DNA of 64,000 bases from a virus: the IMG/VR virus record IMGVR_UViG_3300035703_000058, positions 11,418 to 75,417 of that record; one strand, written 5' to 3'. Positions 27,327 to 37,495 of this stretch are shown here, one piece after another. The notes below the pieces were generated by a model. That model saw only the letters and a program-made list of their open reading frames with translations, made no database searches and had not been told where the DNA came from. The position numbers and the translations under genes were made by a program. Within the stretch, counting starts at the first letter, position 1. Every line of letters begins with the position of its first letter.

Positions 27327-28601
27327 ATGGCCACCACCGCCCGCCGCTTTGACGACAAGCTCGGAGCCCCCCTGCTCCGGGTGTTCGTGCGCCCGGAAGA
27401 CGGCGCCCGGCTCTGCGAAGGCATCGCAACCCAGGAAGGCGTGCTCGTCTACCGCAACGCAGACGGCACCGAGCGCCTGGAGCTGGTGACCCGACAGGCG
27501 GTGCTCGACACGGCAGCGACCATCGGCCGCGCGACGATGACGCTCCACCACCCCGAAGACGGCTTCGTCGGCCCGGACAACTACCAGCGCCACGCCATCG
27601 GCGACGTCGACGGCGATGTGCGCGTGGAGGAGTTCGGCGCGCAGGGTGGCTTCGCGCGGGTCCGCGTGTTGACCGCGGTCCGCCGCGCCGACGCCCTCGA
27701 TGCCCTCGCCGCTGGCGTCTGCCAACTCAGCAGCGGCTACGAGGTGGACCTGGACGAGACGCCCGGCGTCCACCCGGTCTTCGGTCGCTACGACGCCTGT
27801 CAGGTGGGCCGCCGCATCAACCACCTTGCGCTCGTGCCGGAGGGTCGCTCCGGCCCCGAAGTGGCCCTGCGCACCGACTCCGCCGACGCCGTGTGCGCCC
27901 GGCGCATCGACCACCACGAAAGCGGGGCGACCCGCATGGACTCGACCATGAAGCACCTGCTTGTGGCGCTGGGGCTGCTCGGCATCACCCTGCGCGCAGA
28001 CGCCAAGGACGACGATCAGGGCGCCGCCCTGGTCGAAGGCATCAAGAAGCTGAAGGCCGACATGGCCGAGATGGGCGAAAAGCTCGCCGCCGCCGAGAAC
28101 GGCGGGGACGCGCTCAAGGCGTTCCTCGACGCCTACCAGCTCAAGGACCTCGCCGCGCTCAAGGCGAAGTTCGCCGAGATGGGCGCCCAGCTCACCGCCG
28201 CCCAACAGGAGGCCGCCGCCGCCAAGGCTGCGCTCCAGGCGAAGGAGGACGAAGCCGCCGCCGCCGCCCAGCAGGCCGAGATTGGGCGCATGGACGCGCT
28301 GGCCAAGCAGCTCGGCCTCAAGACCGACGGCCTCGACCTCAAGGCCAAGCGGCTGGCCATCGCCAAGACCCGCGTCGACAGCATCGACGCCAAGGCCAGC
28401 GACACCTACATCGCCGCCGTGCTCGACATCATCGAGGGCGACCTCAAGGCCCGGGGCCAGCGCGCCGACGCCGCGGGGGCCACGGGCGCCCGCCTCGACG
28501 ATTGGGCCGACAAGCGCGGCGACCGGCGTGAGGACGCCAAGGACGAGTTCTACAACCCCCACGTGGCCCACTCCGATGCGGCCTTTCGAGGTGACAAGTG
28601 A
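27327..28601 (+). CDS. prohead protease/scaffold (DUF2213-like)
   Basis: GVLVY...E...TLHHP...LSSGY...YD.CQ...INHLALVPEGRSG; coiled-coil C-terminal scaffold. Confidence 0.9.
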   Translation: MATTARRFDDKLGAPLLRVFVRPEDGARLCEGIATQEGVLVYRNADGTERLELVTRQAVLDTAATIGRATMTLHHPEDGFVGPDNYQRHAIGDVDGDVRVEEFGAQGGFARVRVLTAVRRADALDALAAGVCQLSSGYEVDLDETPGVHPVFGRYDACQVGRRINHLALVPEGRSGPEVALRTDSADAVCARRIDHHESGATRMDSTMKHLLVALGLLGITLRADAKDDDQGAALVEGIKKLKADMAEMGEKLAAAENGGDALKAFLDAYQLKDLAALKAKFAEMGAQLTAAQQEAAAAKAALQAKEDEAAAAAQQAEIGRMDALAKQLGLKTDGLDLKAKRLAIAKTRVDSIDAKASDTYIAAVLDIIEGDLKARGQRADAAGATGARLDDWADKRGDRREDAKDEFYNPHVAHSDAAFRGDK

Positions 28602-29788
28602 GCGCCAACGGCTTCTTCGAGCGCGCCAGCGATGTGCGCACCAACCGTCCGATCGGCTTCATCGGGCAGGTGCTCGGGTACTTCCGCTCCCGCAGCGGCA
28701 ACAACCAGCGCCCCCAGGCCGCGCAGATCACGACCATCGCCATCCCGGCGAGCCCGGACAGCAGCACCGCCTACTCGGTGGTGATCGACGGCGTGACCTG
28801 CACCTACACGACCGACGCCTCCGCTACCCAGGCCGAGCTTGGGGCGGGCCTGGAGGCGGCCATCGAGGTTCAGGCGGGCGCGCGCGGACGGATGTCGCCC
28901 AGCTACTCGGGCGGCACCCTGACCCTGACCGGCTCCTGGCCGGGCATCTCCTACACCGTCACCACGTCGGGCGGCACCGGCGGCGGCGCCATCGGCTCCG
29001 CGACCACGGCGACCGCGGCAGCGTCGGCGACGGCGGTGCAGTTCGGGCGCGCCCTTTGCACCGACGGGCAGGTGACCGACGAAGGCACCCCGAAGGTGTT
29101 CATGCCGACCACGGCGCTCTTCTCGGCGCAGGTGAAGACCTTCACCTACGCGAGCGTGGCCAGCGGGGACAGCATCCAGACCCGCGTGGTCATGAACGGC
29201 GATGAGATCCTGGTCTCGACGCCCTACAACACCTCGCACGCGCAGTCGCTCATCGACCACGCGGCGGCGCTGGAGACGGCGCTCAACGCGACCTTCGGCG
29301 CCGGCTATGGCGCGGTGGCGGCCCGCAGCTCCGACACCATCACCATCACCGCCGACGTGGCGGGCGCCGAGTTCAGCGCCGTCAGCGACGTCGTCGGCTC
29401 CGGCGGCGGCACGGTCAGCGCGGCCAACACCACCGGCCCCAGCATCTCGACCTCAGTGGCGCGGGCGCTGATCGGCGTCTCGAAGCGCCGGGCGGACGTC
29501 GAGAACGTCACCGTCGATGGCGACGATCCCGCCTACGCGGCCAACCGCGGCGTCGAGTACGTCGTGCACGGCGAGATGTTGGTCGCCCGCGACACCACGG
29601 AGACCTGGGATCGCAACTCGCAGACCTGGGTTTCGGTGTCCACGTCCGCCACGCTCAGCGGCCGCCTCTACGACACCGGCTCGTCCACCCGGGTCTGGAT
29701 CCCGCAGGAACTCATCCGGCTCGTCGCTCAGGAACCCTCCACCCACACCGACGGCATCGGTCAGATCGCCGTCAACATCGGAGTCTGA
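28598..29788 (+). CDS. head decoration/cement protein with inserted beta-rich domains
   Basis: Between protease and capsid genes; VQFGRAL...G.S.R...Y...V..GE. Confidence 0.7.
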   Translation: MSANGFFERASDVRTNRPIGFIGQVLGYFRSRSGNNQRPQAAQITTIAIPASPDSSTAYSVVIDGVTCTYTTDASATQAELGAGLEAAIEVQAGARGRMSPSYSGGTLTLTGSWPGISYTVTTSGGTGGGAIGSATTATAAASATAVQFGRALCTDGQVTDEGTPKVFMPTTALFSAQVKTFTYASVASGDSIQTRVVMNGDEILVSTPYNTSHAQSLIDHAAALETALNATFGAGYGAVAARSSDTITITADVAGAEFSAVSDVVGSGGGTVSAANTTGPSISTSVARALIGVSKRRADVENVTVDGDDPAYAANRGVEYVVHGEMLVARDTTETWDRNSQTWVSVSTSATLSGRLYDTGSSTRVWIPQELIRLVAQEPSTHTDGIGQIAVNIGV

Positions 29789-29790
29789 CC

Positions 29791-30915
29791 ATGTCACGGT
29801 TTGTCGAGGTTCTGGAAGGTGGTTGCGAGGGCGAGCTGTCGTCCTCCGACTACTACGCCGGTGCGGTGGAGGAGTTCCGCGCCACCCTCAAGACCAAGCT
29901 GGACGCGCGCGGGCGCCGTGTGGACAACGCCTACACGGCGTCGATGACGCGGCTGGACAGCTATCTCGCCAGCGCCAACGACCGCCGCGGGGACGCCTTC
30001 GTGCCCGGCGCGGGCAACTACAACCCCCGCGACCTCACCCAGCGCATCAAGCGGGCGATGGAGGAGCGCCTGCAGCCGCTCACCGCGGACAAGTGCTTCC
30101 CGATCAACACGGAGCTGGACCCGGGCGCGCTCACCTACGAGCAGACCCGGCTGATGACCACGGGCCGGGCGATCGAGTACCGCGGCGGGCTCGGCGATGA
30201 CGCCCCGACCGTCGAGGTTGGCCAGTCCTCGGTGCAGCAGCCCATCTTGGGCGGCATCATCAAAGTGGTCAACGACTTCCGCGAGCTGGCAGCCGACCGC
30301 TTCGCGGGCGTCGATCGGGCGGCGAAGAAGATCGCGGGCGCGCGCCGCTCGATGCAGGAGCTGCGCAGCCGCTGGATCTGGCGCGGCAGCCAGGCCAACG
30401 GCATGTACGGCATCATCGGCCACCCCTACGTGGACACCGCCACCTCGCAGGTGCCGTACACCAGCGCCAGCGCGGTGGCCGACATCATCGCCGACTTCGT
30501 CTACTGGGCGCAGTGGGCGGACAACCAGTCCGGCAGCGCCTACAAGCCCGACTCGGTGGTCATCGGCCAGAAGCTGTACAACTACCTCGCCGGGACGGTG
30601 ATGGCGCTGAACAACAGCTCCAACGTCACCATCCTGGAGATGTTGAAGCGGCTCTGCCCGGACATCGTCAACTGGATGTCGGCGCCCGAGCTGAACGCCA
30701 CGGTCGCCTCGAACGTGCATGGACTGTTCTTCTACGCCAAGGGCACCGGCGAGCTGGACCGCTCGGTGGAGCTGATGGACGCCATGCCCGCCACGCTGCT
30801 CGCGCCCGAGAAGCGCGCGCTTGGCGAGCAGACCTTCATGGTGATGTTCTTCGGCGGCGCCAACCAGCGCAGCGCCGGGGACAACCTGCTTGTTCACGTC
30901 GAAGGCCCCGCGTAG
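29791..30915 (+). CDS. major capsid protein (DUF2184/encapsulin-like HK97 fold)
   Basis: Position; W.G....GMYGIIGHP; YKPD; size 374 aa. Confidence 0.85.
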   Translation: MSRFVEVLEGGCEGELSSSDYYAGAVEEFRATLKTKLDARGRRVDNAYTASMTRLDSYLASANDRRGDAFVPGAGNYNPRDLTQRIKRAMEERLQPLTADKCFPINTELDPGALTYEQTRLMTTGRAIEYRGGLGDDAPTVEVGQSSVQQPILGGIIKVVNDFRELAADRFAGVDRAAKKIAGARRSMQELRSRWIWRGSQANGMYGIIGHPYVDTATSQVPYTSASAVADIIADFVYWAQWADNQSGSAYKPDSVVIGQKLYNYLAGTVMALNNSSNVTILEMLKRLCPDIVNWMSAPELNATVASNVHGLFFYAKGTGELDRSVELMDAMPATLLAPEKRALGEQTFMVMFFGGANQRSAGDNLLVHVEGPA

Positions 30916-30929
30916 GGCAAGGAGTAGCA

Positions 30930-31172
30930 ATGAACGTCCGAAACGTGGGCACCCAGCGCATCATCGTGGGCCCGGGCCCCGCCTCCACGCGCGCCGATAT
31001 GGGCGAGGCCGGCGCCGGCTTCATCCTGCACGCCAAGAACGACAAGCTCCAGAGCGGCGAGCCGGCCAACGTGCGTCCGGTGACGGCCGCACAGCGCAAG
31101 GTGCTGGAGGGCATGGCAGCGTTCCAGGCGCTGACCAGGCACAACAGCTACGGCGTGGAGTTCAGCGGCTGA
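30930..31172 (+). CDS. small virion-associated protein
   Basis: AAGGAG RBS; follows capsid gene. Confidence 0.65.
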   Translation: MNVRNVGTQRIIVGPGPASTRADMGEAGAGFILHAKNDKLQSGEPANVRPVTAAQRKVLEGMAAFQALTRHNSYGVEFSG

Positions 31173-31561
31173 TGGCCGTGGACACCGCTGCGATCCTGGC
31201 GGTGTTCCGCGTGGTGGCGCCTGAGTTCTCCGCGACCTCAGACGCCACCGTCAACGCTCTGTCCGCGATCGAGGGCACCAAGGTGTCCGCCACGGCGTTC
31301 GGGGCCAACACCTCGGAAGCCGTGGCGCACCGCGTTGCGCATCTGCTGGAGATTCAGGCGCGTCTGGCCGCGGAGACAGCCAGCGCCCGCGGCCCCGGCG
31401 TCACCACGTCGGTGAGCACGGGTGACCTCTCGATCAGCCGCAGCTTGAGCATTACGGCGGCGACGGCGGGCGACGCCTGGTGGATGCAGACCGCGCACGG
31501 CCTGGCCTACCTGGCGCTGCGAGACGAGCAGGGCGAGATCGGCTACTGCTGGGCCGGTTGA
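31172..31561 (+). CDS. head-tail adaptor (DUF4054-like)
   Basis: FRVVAPEF...AH.L...SVSTGDLSIS...WWMQTAHGLAY. Confidence 0.82.
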   Translation: MAVDTAAILAVFRVVAPEFSATSDATVNALSAIEGTKVSATAFGANTSEAVAHRVAHLLEIQARLAAETASARGPGVTTSVSTGDLSISRSLSITAATAGDAWWMQTAHGLAYLALRDEQGEIGYCWAG

Positions 31562-31995
31562 TGGTCACCGACCGCGACCACGGCTACCGCGGGTTGCTTC
31601 GTCGCCTGCTCGGCGTGCGCGAGTACGCGACCCGCGTTGGCATTCACGAAGAGGACGGCAGCGACCTCGCCGTCATCGCGGCGGCCAACGAGTTCGGCAC
31701 CACGAACGGCCACGTCCCCGAGCGCAGCTTTCTGCGCGCGACCGTGGACGCCAACGCCACCACCTACGGCGACGAGCTGGACAAAGCCGTCCGCGCCCAC
31801 GTAGACGGGCGCCGCACCCTCGACGTCGGTCTTGGCCGGCTCGGCGCGCGCGTCGAAGGCGACATCAAGCAGTTCATGACGGACCTCCAGGATCCGCCGA
31901 ACGTTTTTTCTACCATCGCCCGCAAGGGCAGCAGCAACCCGCTCATCGACACGGGGCGACTGCGGGCGACCATCCGGCATGAGGAGGAGCCTTGA
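31561..31995 (+). CDS. neck/virion morphogenesis protein
   Basis: IAAANEFG...PERSFLR...TIARKGSSNPLIDTGRLR. Confidence 0.85.
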   Translation: MVTDRDHGYRGLLRRLLGVREYATRVGIHEEDGSDLAVIAAANEFGTTNGHVPERSFLRATVDANATTYGDELDKAVRAHVDGRRTLDVGLGRLGARVEGDIKQFMTDLQDPPNVFSTIARKGSSNPLIDTGRLRATIRHEEEP

Positions 31996-32357
31996 TCCTG
32001 CTGGGCGCGACCACCATCACCCGCCGCCGCTACAGCGCGGGCTCGCGGGCCTCCACCGGCTACTGGACCGAGGGGTCCACCACCGACACCTCCATCACGG
32101 CGTCGGTGCAGCCGGCGTCAGGCAAAGACCTCAAGCTGCTGTCGGAGGGCGAGCGCACCAAGCGCGCCATCAAGGTCTACACGACCGCCGACCTGCGCAC
32201 GACGTCGCCCCAGAATGGCACCCGCTCAGACGAGCTGGTCATCTCCGGCGTGACGGGCATCGACGACGGCACCTATCAGGTGCAGCACGTCGAGTCCTAC
32301 TACGCGCTGCTCGCCCACAACAAGGCCATCGCCGTACGCCGCCAGGAGGCGCCATGA
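31992..32357 (+). CDS. head-closure/head-tail joining protein
   Basis: ASVQP...DL..L.EGER...IKVYT. Confidence 0.8.
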   Translation: MILLGATTITRRRYSAGSRASTGYWTEGSTTDTSITASVQPASGKDLKLLSEGERTKRAIKVYTTADLRTTSPQNGTRSDELVISGVTGIDDGTYQVQHVESYYALLAHNKAIAVRRQEAP

Positions 32358-32893
32358 GCATACGCGGCGACATCCTTCAGGCGGTCCGCGGCTGGCTCAA
32401 GGCGGCGTCCAGCCTGACCGACGCACAGGTCATCCCCGCCGACGACATCGGCCCGCGCCCGGCGCTGCCCTACCTGACCGTCAAGGTGGTGGTGGCAGAC
32501 CTTCCGGTCGGCGAGGACGAAACCCGCTACGCCCTGAACGGTGACGACGACCCCACCGTCACCGTTCACGGCACCCGCCGCGGCACGGTGTCTGTGCAGG
32601 GCTACGGGGCCGCCGCAGAAGAATGGCTGGTCACCGCGCGTCTGGCGCTGCGCCTGCCCACCATACAGGCGACGCTCAACACGGCGGGCCTGACCGTGGT
32701 GCCCATCGGGGCGCCGCGTGACGTCGCCGTGGTGCTCGACACCAGCTTCGAGGCGCGGGTCGTCTGGGATCTTGAGGTCCTCTACGACGTCAGCTCCGCG
32801 GCGGAAGAGGAGATCGCCGCCGCGATAGCCACTGTCACATCGGTGCTCAGCCCCGGCGCGCTGACCACCACCTCCACCCTCGATCTCACCTGA
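32354..32893 (+). CDS. neck/tail terminator protein
   Basis: VIPAD..GPRPALPY; position before sheath. Confidence 0.75.
   Translation: MSIRGDILQAVRGWLKAASSLTDAQVIPADDIGPRPALPYLTVKVVVADLPVGEDETRYALNGDDDPTVTVHGTRRGTVSVQGYGAAAEEWLVTARLALRLPTIQATLNTAGLTVVPIGAPRDVAVVLDTSFEARVVWDLEVLYDVSSAAEEEIAAAIATVTSVLSPGALTTTSTLDLT
32821..32830 (+). promoter_or_regulatory. CGCGATAGCC motif upstream of tail sheath gene
   Basis: Exact motif 72 nt before sheath ATG, inside the preceding CDS. Confidence 0.4.
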
Positions 32894-32902
32894 GAGCACA
32901 CC

Positions 32903-34012
32903 ATGGCCGTCGTCACGCACCTGGACCGCATCGGCGTCACCGTCAACCTGGACGCCGTGGGGGCGCAGCAGGCGGGCTTCTACGTGCTCTACCTGGTGCC
33001 GCTGGCGGCCAACAGCCTCAACAGCGCCACCTACATGACGTTCGCGTCCTTCGCGGAGGTCGATGCGGCGAGCACCGCCGGCTACATCTCGGCCACCACC
33101 CTCCAGGCGCTCACCGACGTCTTCGCCCAGGCGCGGGTGCCGAGCCAGATCCACGTCGCCAGCGTGGACCTTGCGTCGTCGTCCGGCTCGATCCCCGACA
33201 CCTACGCGCTGGTCATCGCGTCGATGATCAGCGAGGGCCTGGACTTCTACGCCGTATGCATTCAGGACCGCGACAACACCGACGTCGCGACGGTCTCCGA
33301 CTACATCGAGGCGCTGGCCAGCGAGCGCCCCTACATCTTCGTTGGTCAGTCCTCCGACAGCGACTGGAAGACTGCCACGCCCGACGCCGCCTTCAACACC
33401 GTCGTGGGCAACGAGCGCACCGTGCTCGTCTACCACGACACCTCCACCGAGCACAACGACCTCGTGTGGGCTTCGTGCGTGCTCGCCTTCACCCCCGACA
33501 GCTACTCCGCGCCTTGGAACCGCCCGCTGACCGACATCGTCGCCCTTGCGACCCTGACGAGCGCCGAGAAGGGCTACCTGCGCACCAACAACGCCAACTT
33601 CGGCGCGCGTCTCAACTCCACCTACACCTTCTACATGGACCCCGGCCGCACCATGGCGGGCCGGGCGGCGTCGGAGCGGGTGTCGGCGGACTGGTACGCC
33701 ATCCGGGTCCAGGAAGGTCTGGCCCAGCTACTCGGCGACCTCACCAACCGCGGCCAGAAGCTCACCGTATCGGTGCGCGGCGTGCGGCAGGTCGAGGCCA
33801 TCGCCCGCGAAGTCTACGAGCGCGGCGTCACCGCAGGCCACTTCGAGCCCAACCAGCTCACCTTCACCTCCGCGACCATCAACGCCGATGGCACCATCTC
33901 CAGCGCCGACCTGACGGCGCAACGCATCCGGGTGACCGCAAACATCCAGCTCACCACGGGCGCCATCACGATCGCTTTCACCGCCAACCTCAGCCGCACC
34001 GCGGTCAACTGA
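32903..34012 (+). CDS. tail sheath protein (DUF3383-like)
   Basis: Position; NNANF...G.T..G......DW...R.QE...K......G; ends GAITIAFTANL. Confidence 0.8.
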   Translation: MAVVTHLDRIGVTVNLDAVGAQQAGFYVLYLVPLAANSLNSATYMTFASFAEVDAASTAGYISATTLQALTDVFAQARVPSQIHVASVDLASSSGSIPDTYALVIASMISEGLDFYAVCIQDRDNTDVATVSDYIEALASERPYIFVGQSSDSDWKTATPDAAFNTVVGNERTVLVYHDTSTEHNDLVWASCVLAFTPDSYSAPWNRPLTDIVALATLTSAEKGYLRTNNANFGARLNSTYTFYMDPGRTMAGRAASERVSADWYAIRVQEGLAQLLGDLTNRGQKLTVSVRGVRQVEAIAREVYERGVTAGHFEPNQLTFTSATINADGTISSADLTAQRIRVTANIQLTTGAITIAFTANLSRTAVN

Positions 34013-34022
34013 GAGGTCTCCT

Positions 34023-34475
34023 ATGCCCGGGCCCACGAAGATCCACGATCTCGCACAGGTGGTCCTCACCATCGGCGGCTACACGATCAGCGGCTACGGC
34101 GAAGGCGGCGCCGTCAAGGTCGAGCCGGTGTCGTCCGCCGTCGAGTCCACCGTCGGCCACGATGGTCAGGTCACCTACAGCCGCACCAACGACGCGCGGG
34201 CGAAGGTGACCATCACCGTGCGCGGCAACTCGGTCGCCCACAAGCACCTGAGCACGCTCATGCAGGCGCAGCTTGCGGCGCCGGTGCTGGCCCCGATGGC
34301 GTTCCTGCTCGTCAACGCGCAGACCGGCGAGCGGTTCGCGTCGGCCTACTTCGTCTTCCTGGAGCACCCGGGCGTCGAGCAGGCCAAGGGCGTCACTGAT
34401 CGCGTCTACATCGGCGAGCTGCCCTACGGCTTTGACGCCGGCAACTACGACGCCGCGCCTCTGGTCGCGGTCTGA
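34023..34475 (+). CDS. tail tube protein (DUF3277-like)
   Basis: V.LTIGG..ISGY......VG.DG....SR.ND....VTI. Confidence 0.82.
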   Translation: MPGPTKIHDLAQVVLTIGGYTISGYGEGGAVKVEPVSSAVESTVGHDGQVTYSRTNDARAKVTITVRGNSVAHKHLSTLMQAQLAAPVLAPMAFLLVNAQTGERFASAYFVFLEHPGVEQAKGVTDRVYIGELPYGFDAGNYDAAPLVAV

Positions 34476-34483
34476 GGCCACCC

Positions 34484-34927
34484 ATGAGCCAACTCCCACC
34501 CCCGGTAGAAGTCCAGATCGGCGACGACAACGGCGTCGCGCACGCCTACCTGATCAGCCTGCACCCCGCCGCGGAGGGCCAGCGGGTTGTCTGTCAACTG
34601 CTCGGCCTGGTGGCCGGTCCGCTCGCCGAGCTGATCGCCGCGGGCATCGAAGGCGGCAGCGCGGCCAACGTGGACTTCCAGGGCATCGGCCGGCAGGTCG
34701 GCGCCACCCTGCTGGGCGACGCGCCGCCCAAGCTCATCCGGGAGCTGTTGCGGTACACGGCCCGTGATGGCCGCGCGATGGCCAACGAACACGAGTTCAA
34801 CGTCGCCTACACCGGCAACTACGGCGAGCTGATGGTGGCGCTCTCGGAGGTCGTTCGGAACAACCGTTTTTTGCCGCTGTCGCGTATCAGCTCCATGCTG
34901 CCGGGGGCGAGGCCGACCCCGTCGTAA
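34484..34927 (+). CDS. tail assembly chaperone (G), with -1 frameshift extension to 35127
   Basis: Between tube and tape measure; slippery TTTTTTG at 34867-34873; -1 frame open to TGA 35125-35127. Confidence 0.8.
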   Translation: MSQLPPPVEVQIGDDNGVAHAYLISLHPAAEGQRVVCQLLGLVAGPLAELIAAGIEGGSAANVDFQGIGRQVGATLLGDAPPKLIRELLRYTARDGRAMANEHEFNVAYTGNYGELMVALSEVVRNNRFLPLSRISSMLPGARPTPS

Positions 34928-35123
34928 CTGCCGCCCTGACCCGGGCCGCCGAGCGCGGCGTCGATTGGTGGATCATGCGCGTCGTCGTTGACCCTCGCAT
35001 CCCCGATGGACTCGCAGCGATGCGCACGCTGAGCTTCGCCGACATCTACCACGCGCACCTCGCCCTGGACGCCCTCGACACCATCGAGGCCCATCGACGC
35101 GCCCAGCAGCCCGGGGGTGGGCG

Positions 35124-36911
35124 ATGATCGTCCGGGAGCTGTTGGTGCGGCTCGGCGTCATCGCCGACCCCGGCAAGGTCAAGGACTTCGACGGCGCCAT
35201 CGACGACCTGAAGGCCAACATGGGCGCGCTCGTGTCGGTCTCCAAGCAGGTGGTCGCGGTCGGCGCCGCGGTCGGCGCGGCGTTTGGCCTCCAGGCCGTC
35301 GCCACCGCCAGCGCCACCATCGAGATCGAGCGGCAGGCGGCGGCGCTCGGGCTCAGCACAGACGCCTACCAGGAATGGAAGGCCGCCGTGGGCGCCTTCG
35401 GCGTGGACACCAAGGACCTCGCCGATGGCTTCGGGCAGGTCGCGCAGGTCATCGGCAACGCGCAGGACGGCGCCGACAACGCCGTCAAGACGTTCAAGAG
35501 CCTGAACATCGAGATCGCCGACCTGAAAGGCAAGTCGGTGGAGGAGGTCTTCTACCTCATCGCCGATGGCATACAGGCCACCACGGACAGCGGCGACCGA
35601 CTGCGCGCGGCCAACACCCTGCTGGGCGAGCAACTTGCCCGCCAGCTCCTGCCCCTGCTCGTGGAGGGCTCAGCCGGACTCGACGCCTATCGCCGCCGTG
35701 CCCGCGAACTCGGCGGCGTGCTGGACCGCGACGCCATCGACCGGGGCCGCGAAGCCGCGCAGGTCTTCGCCCAATTCCGCATCGTCACCCAGGGGCTCCG
35801 CAACGAGCTGGGTCTGGCCTTCCTGCCGTTGATGACGCACCTCGCCACCATCTTCGTCGAGGTGGCTGCCGGAAGCCGCGGCTGGATCGGGCAGCGCATG
35901 GAGGTCGCGGTCAGGCGGATCAGCGAGGCCCTGGAGACGCTGACACGGCACGCGGAAGAGGTCGATGTGGTCGTCCGCGAGCGGTTCGGCGGGTGGGCCA
36001 ACATCCTGGAGCGCGTGAAGAGCGTCGTGGTGCTGCTCGCGACGGCGCAGGCGTGGCGCACGCTCGTCAGCGCCATCACCGCGGTGCGGGCGGGATTCGT
36101 CGCACTCACCGCGACCGGCGGGCTGCTGGCAGGCGCATCCTTCGCCACGGTGCTCGGGTGGGCCGTGGCGCTGGCGGCGGCGTTGGTGGCCCTCTACCTC
36201 GTTGTAGACGACCTGTGGACCTATTTCCGCGGCGGCGAGTCAGTCATCGGCGACTTCCTGGCCGGCTCCGAGCGCGCCCGGGCCACGCTCGCCGCGCTTG
36301 GCGACGCGGCACGCGCCGCTGGGCTATTCCTGTCGTCCCTCTGGCTGGCGACCAGGACGTACAGCGCGATCGTGATGAGCGCGCTTGGGCCCGCGCTGCC
36401 CTACCTGCAGAAGCTCGCCGACATCATTCTGACCGGACTTGGCAATCAGGCGCTTGCGAGCCTGCGCGCCTTCACCACTGGAATGCGGTTCGCCGCAGAG
36501 GCCATCGCGTTCGTTGCGATCACGGTTCAGGAGTTGATGCGCGTGCTGGACGGCCAGCTCAGCTTCAGCGCCATGCTGGAGAGCATCAGCGACCGGACGG
36601 GAAGCCTCGTCTTTGAGGGTCGCAAGGCGCTGGATCAGGGGATCATGTCTCTACCTGGAATCGGCGCCCTCACTGGGGGTGACATGCCCGCGGGCTACGT
36701 GCCACCCAGTCGGCCCGCCGTCTACGTGCCCAACGCAGCACCCTTCGCACTGCAGGCGGGGTCTGCGACGCCCAGCGTGACCACGAACTCCGTGGGCGGA
36801 AACACCAACAACTACTTCGGGCTCAGCACCCGCGACATCGAGGAATTGCAATACCGTGAGGGGCTGGTGCAGGGACGCCAACTCGCCGCGCTGGCCGGAA
36901 CGGGGTTCTGA
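35124..36911 (+). CDS. tail tape measure protein
   Basis: MIVRELLVRLG start, Ala-rich helical sequence, hydrophobic segments, DDL..Y..GGESVIG. Confidence 0.88.
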   Translation: MIVRELLVRLGVIADPGKVKDFDGAIDDLKANMGALVSVSKQVVAVGAAVGAAFGLQAVATASATIEIERQAAALGLSTDAYQEWKAAVGAFGVDTKDLADGFGQVAQVIGNAQDGADNAVKTFKSLNIEIADLKGKSVEEVFYLIADGIQATTDSGDRLRAANTLLGEQLARQLLPLLVEGSAGLDAYRRRARELGGVLDRDAIDRGREAAQVFAQFRIVTQGLRNELGLAFLPLMTHLATIFVEVAAGSRGWIGQRMEVAVRRISEALETLTRHAEEVDVVVRERFGGWANILERVKSVVVLLATAQAWRTLVSAITAVRAGFVALTATGGLLAGASFATVLGWAVALAAALVALYLVVDDLWTYFRGGESVIGDFLAGSERARATLAALGDAARAAGLFLSSLWLATRTYSAIVMSALGPALPYLQKLADIILTGLGNQALASLRAFTTGMRFAAEAIAFVAITVQELMRVLDGQLSFSAMLESISDRTGSLVFEGRKALDQGIMSLPGIGALTGGDMPAGYVPPSRPAVYVPNAAPFALQAGSATPSVTTNSVGGNTNNYFGLSTRDIEELQYREGLVQGRQLAALAGTGF

Positions 36912-37495
36912 TGCCCACCGCCCTCTACGCCGACGACGGCACCTTTCTGCGCTTCGACGGCACCGCCACCGTGCGGGTCATCGCCGCCGACTCCGTGACC
37001 CGCCACCCCACCGAGCGCGGCGTCACCATCACCGACCACGTCCAGCGCGAGCCCCTGAGCGTGTCCATCGTGGCCACCGTCACCGAGAGCCCACTGCAGG
37101 AGCAGTCGGAGGTCAGCGGGGCCACCGCGGGCCTCACCGGCGAGGCCCGCCCACGCGCTGCGATGGACTGGCTCAACAGCCACCGCGGACAACGCCTGAC
37201 CCTCGTCAGCGACGGCTACGACGACCTCGACGACCTCGTGCTCGTGCGGGTGCCCAACGAGGTCACCGCGAGCCGCCAGCGCATACTCAGCTTGGAGCTG
37301 ACGCAGATCCTGGTGGCGTCGGTCGAATACGTCGCCATCCCGCCCGAGCTGCCCCCGGCGGCCACCGCACACGCCTTCGCCGACGCCGCCGATCTTGGCG
37401 AGCAGGGCACCATCTCAGGCACCGACGACACCGCCCAGCAGGCCCGCGACGTGTCGGCCGCAAGCCTCCTGTTGACCTACATCGGAGGCGGGTGA
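36911..37495 (+). CDS. baseplate/tube initiator (Dit-like)
   Basis: VTRHPTERG..ITDHV..EP. Confidence 0.8.
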   Translation: MPTALYADDGTFLRFDGTATVRVIAADSVTRHPTERGVTITDHVQREPLSVSIVATVTESPLQEQSEVSGATAGLTGEARPRAAMDWLNSHRGQRLTLVSDGYDDLDDLVLVRVPNEVTASRQRILSLELTQILVASVEYVAIPPELPPAATAHAFADAADLGEQGTISGTDDTAQQARDVSAASLLLTYIGGG

